From a virus (Duplodnaviria > Caudoviricetes), in IMG/VR virus record IMGVR_UViG_3300046779_001541, positions 3,109-67,108 of that record: 64,000 nucleotides of DNA; one strand, given 5' to 3'. This document shows positions 32,946 through 40,091 of the stretch, piece after piece (position 1 is the first letter of the stretch; each line of letters opens with the position of its first letter). Below the pieces are notes generated by a model. It ran no database searches. It was not told where the DNA came from and saw only the letters and a program-made list of their open reading frames with translations. The position numbers and the translations under genes are program-made.

Positions 32946-33125
32946 ATGCCTACATACGAATACATCTGTGAGAACGGTCACCCCTACTCTGAGACCCGCG
33001 GCATGAGCGAGGACCAGAAACAATCGACTTGCGCTAAACCTGATTGTGACGCTAAACTAGTACGTAAATTCAGTGCTCCACCAATAACCTTTAAGGGTGG
33101 TGGATTTAGTTCCAGTAGAGGATAA
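32946..33125 (+). CDS. FmdB-family zinc-ribbon protein (59 aa; not in the ORF track)
   Basis: MPTYEYICENGH...TCAKPDC...FKGGGF. Confidence 0.85.
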   Translation: MPTYEYICENGHPYSETRGMSEDQKQSTCAKPDCDAKLVRKFSAPPITFKGGGFSSSRG

Positions 33126-33128
33126 ATA

Positions 33129-33452
33129 GTGACTTCAAAAATAAGTATTCCAAATCTAGTTCCAGACTTTATTTTTGAAGAAATGCCTAACTGTGCTTCT
33201 GCTGACCCAGAGCTATTTTTCCCTCAGGAGAACGAAATCTACCCTGGAAAAATTATCTCTAAATATATTGACATAGCTGCCGCTAAGAGGATTTGTTCCG
33301 ACTGCCCTATAAAACTTCAGTGCCTGGAATATGGACTAAAGAACGCAGAAATAGGCATCTGGGGCGGAATGACTGAGTCTCAGCGGGAGACTCTTAGAAA
33401 GCTAAATAAAACCCCGCTTAGCCGTAAGCAGCCAACTCCGACTACCTGGTAA
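33129..33452 (+). CDS. whiB: WhiB-family transcription factor
   Basis: CASADPELFFP...ICSDCP...C...GIWGGMTE.QR. Confidence 0.93.
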   Translation: MTSKISIPNLVPDFIFEEMPNCASADPELFFPQENEIYPGKIISKYIDIAAAKRICSDCPIKLQCLEYGLKNAEIGIWGGMTESQRETLRKLNKTPLSRKQPTPTTW

Positions 33453-33516
33453 GTGATAGAATAGAGATGCCCTTGGGAGAGAGGCGTAATTAACCGTATC
33501 TATCCTAGGAGCAATA

Positions 33517-33798
33517 ATGGGAGTATTCGCTGAAGTATTCCGTAGAACAGCAGCACTAATCATCCTTCGCGTAAGCGGAACGTTTGCTGGTGGTTCTATA
33601 GCTGGAGTTGAACTCTGGCAAGCAGGCGCGATGGCTGCATTTATCGGCGTAATGGATGTTGCTGAGAACCTATCTCGTGCATACATGATTGACGGCAAGC
33701 TAGATGTTGACGAGATCAACTCTGCTTTTGGCGGTCAGGCTGGTAAAGGCAAGAAATCTGCAGAAGAGACAGCTGACTCAGCTGAAACTGGCTTGTAG
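33517..33798 (+). CDS. Small membrane protein (holin-like)
   Basis: Hydrophobic segments and a charged C-terminus; GGAG SD. Confidence 0.45.
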   Translation: MGVFAEVFRRTAALIILRVSGTFAGGSIAGVELWQAGAMAAFIGVMDVAENLSRAYMIDGKLDVDEINSAFGGQAGKGKKSAEETADSAETGL

Positions 33799-33855
33799 TA
33801 TCTAACTAGATAGGCCCTACTTGACACTATGTCAGGTAGGGTTTATTATTTATGT

Positions 33856-34095
33856 ATGCAAGATTTTGAAGCCTGGCTAAAACACGGTGTTGATATGGGT
33901 TGGTGCGGACCAGCAGTCTGCTATACCCACGACGGACTACCAACTTCTGAGCCAGAAGATGCCGAGTTTGAAGATGGTGGCGATCCCTGCATACACATAG
34001 TTCGTATGTATGAGGATTCTGACCACAAAAAGGCCGTTGAAGCCAACCACTCGCCATCAACCTGGCGAGCAACTAATCGCGGTATAGAGATATAA
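33856..34095 (+). CDS. Hypothetical protein (C..HDG...C.H motif); likely start is the ATG at 33856
   Basis: TTGACA (33821)-17 nt-TATTAT (33844) followed 6 nt later by ATG. Confidence 0.65.
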   Translation: MQDFEAWLKHGVDMGWCGPAVCYTHDGLPTSEPEDAEFEDGGDPCIHIVRMYEDSDHKKAVEANHSPSTWRATNRGIEI

Positions 34096-34105
34096 GCTAG
34101 TAGCT

Positions 34106-34768
34106 ATGTCTAAACCTTATTATGACGTATTGATTGCTACCCCTGGCGCATTAATGCACTCAGCGTATACGCAGAGTCTAGTTGAAACAACTGCATGGCT
34201 AAACTCTAAAGGTCTCACTTACAGATGGCTAAATAAGTCTGGGTCGTTGGTATCCACTACTCGTGAATTGACTGCATTAGATAGCTACTCGCCTGATTGG
34301 TCTGCCAACGAGATTGGTAGAGGTGAATACAATTACGGAAAAATAATTTGGATCGACTCTGATATTGAGTGGACCGTAGAAGATTTCGAGAAAATCTATA
34401 ACAGTGACCTAGATATTGTTGGCGGTCTATACCAGACCCACCCTAACGGCAGAGTCGCAGCTGCTTTCTTTGATGAGAATGGTCTACCTAAGGCAGCAGT
34501 GGAATCAGACTTTATTTTGTATGACGAGCCAATTGCTATGTACGGACTGGGCTTTGGCTTTATTGCCATGAAGTCTGGTGTGTTCGAGGCTTGCGATAGG
34601 CCTTGGTTCCTGATGGAACGAATTAAGTGGCCTCACCTAGAGTTTGAGCTTAATGTTGGCGAGGACTATTCTTTCTGTATAAATGCAAGAAGAAATGGCT
34701 ACTCGACATATGTTGATCCAACTGTTAAGCTTAAGCACCACAAAGAAACAATCTACGAACTCAGATAG
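34106..34768 (+). CDS. GT-A-fold glycosyltransferase-like protein, related to 2296..3069
   Basis: IATPG, WIDSD (DxD), GFGFIAMKSGVFE, GEDYSFC, VDP...H.K. Confidence 0.7.
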   Translation: MSKPYYDVLIATPGALMHSAYTQSLVETTAWLNSKGLTYRWLNKSGSLVSTTRELTALDSYSPDWSANEIGRGEYNYGKIIWIDSDIEWTVEDFEKIYNSDLDIVGGLYQTHPNGRVAAAFFDENGLPKAAVESDFILYDEPIAMYGLGFGFIAMKSGVFEACDRPWFLMERIKWPHLEFELNVGEDYSFCINARRNGYSTYVDPTVKLKHHKETIYELR

Positions 34769-34774
34769 GTAATC

Positions 34775-34903
34775 ATGGCAAAGGGTAAGGGTGGAGCTCC
34801 AGCTCCTCAGAAGACAACTACTGACCGTAAGAACGGTAAGGCCTCGAAGAAGCGCCCAAAGGTCTGGAGCGCTGAGAAGCGTCGTCTAGTTACTGACAAA
34901 TAA
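34775..34903 (+). CDS. 42-aa Lys/Arg-rich peptide (not in the ORF track)
   Basis: MAKGKGGAPAPQKTTTDRKNGKASKKRPKVWSAEKRRLVTDK; AGGT upstream. Confidence 0.65.
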   Translation: MAKGKGGAPAPQKTTTDRKNGKASKKRPKVWSAEKRRLVTDK

Positions 34904-35004
34904 GCTATAATAGATTCGGGTTGATGCTGTCTCTTATGATGGCTACTTGCAAGATCAACCTCCCGACAGTCGGGCGAATCCGAAGGGGCGATATCCTCGG
35001 TCCA

Positions 35005-35087
35005 GGGCTGCGCTACTTGACCATCGCGAATAGAGTAGTGAGAGGTGCACCGTATGGTGTTGCCGAGGTGCGATTCCTCTCAGTCCA
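35005..35087 (+). ncRNA. tRNA-like cloverleaf 1 (no canonical anticodon loop)
   Basis: GGGCTG/CAGTCC-A acceptor-like stem with a G3.U pair, CGCTACT/AGTAGTG arm, GCACC-GTAT-GGTGT arm, T-arm GAGG-TGCGATT-CCTC. Confidence 0.5.
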
Positions 35088-35183
35088 CGAAGCAAGGCCT
35101 AGTACGGCGTGTGGGAGACTACACATTTAGTCCCCTAGGTTTGCTCCATCAAGGATTGGTCTCCCGCGTACGCGAAACGACTA

Positions 35184-35261
35184 GGACCAGCCCCGTCTGA
35201 CGGGGACAAGGTGCAGATGCTTAAGTAAATCTGCTAGTGGGTGCAAATCCCATCTGGTCTA
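35184..35261 (+). ncRNA. tRNA-like cloverleaf 2 (10-nt anticodon-position loop)
   Basis: GGACCAG/CTGGTCT-A, CCCCGT-CTG-ACGGGG, GCAGAT-GCTTAAGTAA-ATCTGC, GTGGG-TGCAAAT-CCCAT. Confidence 0.55.
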
Positions 35262-35454
35262 CGCAAGGCAGAGGTCTGAACAACTTTTGTGACTGCTGAC
35301 TACATCCGAAGCCTACCCTGGCGGAGTGATAGTGCGAAAGTCTGGAACCCGTTCAGGGGTGGAAAGTACAGCGACCGTCTAGGATGTAGAGCCCTCGGGA
35401 ATAGTTCCGAACCGCAGTAATCGGTGACCACGGAGGGCTTATAACTAAATACAA

Positions 35455-35785
35455 GGGCCTGACTGGTTTCGACAGTGAAACTTAAGTCGGTGAAGCAAGC
35501 AGAGAAGCCTGTACCTCTTAAATCGGGCAACGCAATAAATGCAAACTCACGTTCAGCATTCGCACTAGCAGCCTAAAAACTGCTAGACGCCCCTAACAAA
35601 GCACTAGTTCTAGGTGGGCAGTTAGGTTTTAAATAAGTAGAACGCCCGCACCACGTCCATGCTGGAGACGTAAAACTGAAGCACCAGGAGATGTGGCAGT
35701 GCAGTCTCCGAAATATTCACTGCCTAAGCTTGTAGAAGAACGATGGAACTTTCATTGGACGCGGGTTCAATTCCCGCCAGGTCCA
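35455..35785 (+). ncRNA. ssrA: tmRNA, tag peptide ANSRSAFALAA
   Basis: 5' GGGCCTGACTGGTTTCGAC; acceptor GGGCCTG/CAGGTCC with G3.U70 and discriminator A; T-arm GCGGG-TTCAATT-CCCGC; tag ORF GCA...GCC TAA at 35541-35576. Confidence 0.95.
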
Positions 35786-36373
35786 CTACTCCGCGATGAA
35801 GTCTAGCCATATGTCTTCATCGTATGGCCGATCTAACTCAAAGTTTCTGAAGAAGATAATCACATTGGTGCGCTTTCCGCTGAGCACCTCTCGAACTCCG
35901 TGAAGATTTTCGGCATTCCCTCTAAACATGATTAAATCTCCAGCCTCTAATCTGACTTCAACCCCGTGGTGTTCGAAATACAGCTCTCCGCCAGAATAGT
36001 CACTGTTAAGCATCAAAATACAGGAGTAATGCTCTTCTATTGTCATCTTCCCTGGATAAACATCCCCGTCATCGTCGTGAGGCTTATTTATTGCGCCCGT
36101 ATCCATAATGTTTCCGAACAACCTTTTTAATTCAAATCGGTTGTAGGTGAAAGTGTAGTTTTCTTTGAATGTTTTGTTAGCTACCTTTAAGGCTCTTCTT
36201 ATGGGTGCCACTTCGGATGGTACATCTCCAGCTAAAATGTCGTACAAAAGAATGCCAGAATGCCTATAATTATCACGGTGGTCCGCTTGAGAGTTACTGT
36301 CTATGTACCTTGCCAGAGCGGCACACTCTTCTTCAGATAGAACATTTTTCTCTAAGTAATATATCTCTGGCAT
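35786..36373 (-). CDS. Fe(II)/2OG oxygenase, close paralog of 39512..40066
   Basis: PHDD...MLNSDYSGGELYF...NLHGV...GKR. Confidence 0.9.
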   Translation of the reverse strand: MPEIYYLEKNVLSEEECAALARYIDSNSQADHRDNYRHSGILLYDILAGDVPSEVAPIRRALKVANKTFKENYTFTYNRFELKRLFGNIMDTGAINKPHDDDGDVYPGKMTIEEHYSCILMLNSDYSGGELYFEHHGVEVRLEAGDLIMFRGNAENLHGVREVLSGKRTNVIIFFRNFELDRPYDEDIWLDFIAE

Positions 36374-36435
36374 GGTTATAGTTTAGTGCACTTAAATAAC
36401 TTGCACTGATTTCACTATTGTGCTACGGTTACTCT

Positions 36436-38328
36436 ATGAGTAAAACAGTTAAATCAATCGCCATAATGTCAGCTCTATCGCTAGCTCCAACACTGGCTGG
36501 GCTACACGTAGCAGAGTTAGAGCTTCGAGAGACAGTTTTCTCGATAATGGATATCCAGGACGGGGCTAATTGGGGCCTGGATCGCGTCGACGGGGCGCTA
36601 GATGGCAAGTACACATATCCAGGTAATGGTGGCAGTGATGTCGACGTTTACGTAGTAGATACTGGAGTGGATGCTGGACACCCAGAGTTTGAGGGGCGGG
36701 TTAGGGATGGGTTCGACTCCTTTGGAGAGAACTTAGACCAGAAAGATTGTCAGGGTCACGGCACCCACGTTGCTGGTGTAGTCGCTGGCCGAACCTATGG
36801 AGTAGCGAAAAAAGCAACCATAATTCCAGTAAGAGTTTTAAACTGCTCTGGTCAAGGCAATACCTCCACTTTAACTGCTGGAATAGATTGGATACTCTCT
36901 AATCACAAGTCGGCATCCCCTGCCATCGTAAACATGAGCCTTGGTGGTGCTAAGGATTTAGCTGTAAATTATGCTGTATCTAAGCTAATTTCCGCTGGCT
37001 TTATAGTCACTGCAGCAGCTGGGAATTTCTCTTCTGATGCCTGTAACTATTCCCCTGCAAGCGCTGATGGGGTTATTGCTGTCGGGTCAATTGACCAGTC
37101 CAACAATAGATCCTCTTTCTCGAACTGGGGCGCTTGCGTAGATATCTTTGCTCCTGGGTCTAAAATCATTTCAGCTAGCCCGTTCAACTACTCGTCTTAT
37201 GCCTCTAAGAGCGGTACTTCTCAGGCTAGTCCTTTTGTAGCTGGGGCAATTGCAACTTACCTATCTTCTGGCGTTGCCAACTCTAAGTCATCGGCAGAGG
37301 GGATCCTGTACTCCTACGCTCAGGTGGGAGCAGTATTAGATAGTAAGTATCAGACCAGTCGTATTGTTAGCGTTACCAAGCCTTCTGGCTATGTCGCCCC
37401 GCCGTCTGATGTAGTAGCCGCTCCTAACCCTGAACCAACCCCTGTAGCTACAACTCCAGTAGAAGCTGCCCCTATAGTCATTCCGATAAAGGATTACTCG
37501 CCTGTTGGCCTGTCTATATCAAAAACTGATGCCAAATCAATATCCCTAGCCTGGAACTCGGTGGTTAGGGCAAATAAGTATGTAGTTAGAGTTGGCAAGT
37601 CTGGAGCACTGGGTGCTAGCTACATCTCAACTACAGATAAGACTCAGATTAAAATATCTGGGTTGTCTAGTAATACGTCGTATTGGGTGACAGTGCTTGC
37701 ATATAACGGTAAGTCCTCTGTCGCTATTTCTAGTCAAATAGAGGCGTATACTTCTGCTGGCACCCCTAGTGCACCTACTGGGCTTACTCTTAAATTAGAT
37801 AAATTATTTTGGTCTGCTCCCTTATATGATGGTGGTCACAAGTTAATTACCTATAAAGTACAACGCCTATCTGCAGGTTCATGGATCACTGTAACTACAT
37901 CTACCACGCTAGGCGTTACCTTACCCAAGAATATCGGAGAGCAGTCTGTCGAGTATAGGGTTATAGCTTCCACCGCTGCTGGCGACAGTCAGCCATCTAA
38001 TGTGGCTGTGTATGTAGATACTGGTGCTCCACAGAGAACTATTCCTGTACCTAACGTAGATCCTGGACTCTCCAACTCTGTTAGTGTCACTCAAATGGGT
38101 GCTGGTTCTGGGTTTGTTAAGGTTTCTTGGGACTTTGTGGTTGGATCTATTGGCTATAAGATCCAGAAGACTGGTCACGGTGTGGAGGACTGGGCAGATG
38201 TTGCATCTACATCTAAGAACAGTCGAATAATTACTATTCAGCCAGGAACTATCGTAGTGCTCAGGGTGTTATCTAATACTGGGCAGGTTTTAGGGGTTGT
38301 CCAATATGAAGGATTGGTCTCCAGGTAG
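36436..38328 (+). CDS. Subtilisin-like S8 serine protease with signal peptide and FN3 domains (likely start ATG 36436)
   Basis: VDTG, HGTHVAG, AAGN and SGTSQASP catalytic motifs; FN3-like C-terminus; TTGCAC-17-TACGGT-6-ATG. Confidence 0.92.
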   Translation: MSKTVKSIAIMSALSLAPTLAGLHVAELELRETVFSIMDIQDGANWGLDRVDGALDGKYTYPGNGGSDVDVYVVDTGVDAGHPEFEGRVRDGFDSFGENLDQKDCQGHGTHVAGVVAGRTYGVAKKATIIPVRVLNCSGQGNTSTLTAGIDWILSNHKSASPAIVNMSLGGAKDLAVNYAVSKLISAGFIVTAAAGNFSSDACNYSPASADGVIAVGSIDQSNNRSSFSNWGACVDIFAPGSKIISASPFNYSSYASKSGTSQASPFVAGAIATYLSSGVANSKSSAEGILYSYAQVGAVLDSKYQTSRIVSVTKPSGYVAPPSDVVAAPNPEPTPVATTPVEAAPIVIPIKDYSPVGLSISKTDAKSISLAWNSVVRANKYVVRVGKSGALGASYISTTDKTQIKISGLSSNTSYWVTVLAYNGKSSVAISSQIEAYTSAGTPSAPTGLTLKLDKLFWSAPLYDGGHKLITYKVQRLSAGSWITVTTSTTLGVTLPKNIGEQSVEYRVIASTAAGDSQPSNVAVYVDTGAPQRTIPVPNVDPGLSNSVSVTQMGAGSGFVKVSWDFVVGSIGYKIQKTGHGVEDWADVASTSKNSRIITIQPGTIVVLRVLSNTGQVLGVVQYEGLVSR

Positions 38329-38355
38329 TCGACAGTGTAGCGGTATACTTGGATC

Positions 38356-38934
38356 ATGCCACTAAAAGAGCTAGTAAAAGATCGACTCTGGGAGTATGAA
38401 AACTTTCTCTCCAGCGAAGAAGTTGACCTACTACTAGATTTGGCTTCTAATGCATCAGAAGAAGATTGGTACTCTGCTGACCTAAACCCTCATGATGGGC
38501 ACTATAGGGGTAAATCGCTAAGTTTTAATCCAAACAGCGTAGTTGGTAGAAAAATACTAGAAATAGATGGAAGAATAGCTAGCATATTCTCAGACTTTAC
38601 TAATATAGTTCAAATTGGCTCTATAGTGCGTAATACAGATACTCTAATGCCTGTTGGCCTTCACAGGGACAACGAGGACGAGAATATGGTAGATAACCGA
38701 AATGCCTACTGCAAGTATGGCATTCTTATGTATCTAAATAGTGACTTCGATGGCGGAGAAATTTGCTACCCTGAATACAACATCGCGTATAAGCCAAAAC
38801 GAGGTGTCCTGATTATTCATCATGCTGGAAATATGCATGGAGTTAACCCTGTCAGCGGTGGCACTAGATACTCCATGACCTCTTTTGTCTGGGGGCTAAA
38901 CGCGGCTATCGCTGCGCCGTATGTTCCTGTTTAG
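38356..38934 (+). CDS. Fe(II)/2OG oxygenase, tandem paralog of 38967..39530
   Basis: LHRD...YLNSDFDGGEI...NMHGV...TRY. Confidence 0.9.
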   Translation: MPLKELVKDRLWEYENFLSSEEVDLLLDLASNASEEDWYSADLNPHDGHYRGKSLSFNPNSVVGRKILEIDGRIASIFSDFTNIVQIGSIVRNTDTLMPVGLHRDNEDENMVDNRNAYCKYGILMYLNSDFDGGEICYPEYNIAYKPKRGVLIIHHAGNMHGVNPVSGGTRYSMTSFVWGLNAAIAAPYVPV

Positions 38935-38966
38935 TTGTTGCATGCAAGATATGGTATCATTGTCGC

Positions 38967-39530
38967 ATGGGACTTAAAGCAATCGTAGAAGATCACCTCT
39001 GGGAGTACGAGAACTTCCTTACAGAGGATGAAGTTCAAGCATTGATGGCTGTAGCGGCCGAGGCTTCTGAGGCTGACTGGAGCAACAATCCAGACATTGA
39101 AAACCCAGAGAATTATGTCAGTAAAGCTTTAAACATTACTGACCACGAAGTCGGTAGACCAATCGTTGATGCTCTAAATGAGAGAATCTCTAGTCTTTTC
39201 GTCGACACTACAAAGCTCATTAAAACAGGCTTTATCATTCGTAACTCTAATAGCATCTCTCCTAAGGGCCTCCACAGGGATGATGTCGACTTGAGTTCTC
39301 CTACTGGCGTGTGCGATTGCACGTACGGCATAGTTATGTATCTAAATGATGACTTCAGTGGTGGAGAGCTTATATACCCAGAGCTTGGCGTGGAGTATAC
39401 GCCTAAACGAGCCTCTTTGGTGGTCCACAGGGCCCATGAGCTGCATGGAGTTAACGACATACAAGATGGTATGCGCTACTCTATGACTGCATTTATGTGG
39501 GGCTGTGACGCTCAAGTTGTAGGGATGTAG
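38967..39530 (+). CDS. Fe(II)/2OG oxygenase
   Basis: LHRD...YLNDDFSGGEL...ELHGV...MRY. Confidence 0.9.
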   Translation: MGLKAIVEDHLWEYENFLTEDEVQALMAVAAEASEADWSNNPDIENPENYVSKALNITDHEVGRPIVDALNERISSLFVDTTKLIKTGFIIRNSNSISPKGLHRDDVDLSSPTGVCDCTYGIVMYLNDDFSGGELIYPELGVEYTPKRASLVVHRAHELHGVNDIQDGMRYSMTAFMWGCDAQVVGM

Positions 39531-40066
39531 TCCCTAAAGAAAAAGATGAAGTTAAAGCGCTTGCCGCTTTTAACTGGCCTGACGCCGTGCAAGTTTTCTG
39601 CATTACCGCGGAACATAATTAAGTCGCCTTGCTCTAACTTAACTTCAAGTCCGTGATGTTGGAAGTAGAGTTCCCCGCCCTCATAATCGCTATTTAGCAT
39701 CAATATGCACGAGTAGTGGAGCTCGACCGATGGTTTACCGTCATAGTGGTCGCCATCGTCATCATGTGCTGGATTCTGGGCTCCCGTGTCCATGATATTT
39801 CCGTATAGACGCTTCATGTCAAAAGTGTATTTAATGTCGTAATTACTACGAAAATACTTCTCTACCCTAGTTAACACTTTTTGCAGTGGGTTTAGGAAAG
39901 CTATATCTGGGTTTGCCACATCCGTAAGTGGTACTGTTACAAGTCTATATCCAGGTCTAAAGGCATCCTTATTGGCATACGTCTCTATCCAGCTTTTATA
40001 CGATTCGCACTGTTCGGCCGTCAGTACGTTTTTAACTAACTTATACGGGAGCTCTTTTTCAGACAT
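39512..40066 (-). CDS. Fe(II)/2OG oxygenase
   Basis: AHDD...MLNSDYEGGELYF...NLHGV...GKR. Confidence 0.9.
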   Translation of the reverse strand: MSEKELPYKLVKNVLTAEQCESYKSWIETYANKDAFRPGYRLVTVPLTDVANPDIAFLNPLQKVLTRVEKYFRSNYDIKYTFDMKRLYGNIMDTGAQNPAHDDDGDHYDGKPSVELHYSCILMLNSDYEGGELYFQHHGLEVKLEQGDLIMFRGNAENLHGVRPVKSGKRFNFIFFFRDYIPTT

Positions 40067-40091
40067 AGCTACAGTCTACTAGAATGTAGTT
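40067..40091. promoter_or_regulatory. Back-to-back leaderless promoters
   Basis: TAGAAT 6 nt before ATG 40092 (+) and TAGACT 6 nt before ATG 40066 (-). Confidence 0.65.

Larger units (their letters stand above)
34918..35445 (+). ncRNA. Unassigned structured non-coding RNA region upstream of the tmRNA
   Basis: TATAAT (34906-34911) lies 6 nt before the first helix GGGTTGAT/ATCAACCT. Many further stems: AGCAAGGCCTAG/CTAGGTTTGCT, GTGTGG-GAGA-CTACAC, CTACATCC/GGATGTAG, AGCCCTC/GAGGGCT. No convincing ORF. Confidence 0.65.

Noticed and set aside
35236-35262. Cobalamin riboswitch suggested by GGTGCAAATCC
   Set aside because: The upstream GGGAA and downstream GCCACTG elements are missing; the motif fits a tRNA-like T-arm better.
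35330-35445. RNase P RNA suggested by GCGAAAGTC and GGCTTAT
   Set aside because: The conserved GAGGAAAGUCC and ACAGAA..CGGCUUA P4 strands are not present in correct form or spacing.
34921-35530. ORFs 34921..35130 (+) and 35300..35530 (-)
   Set aside because: They have no SD or recognisable motif and overlap the structured RNA region and tmRNA.
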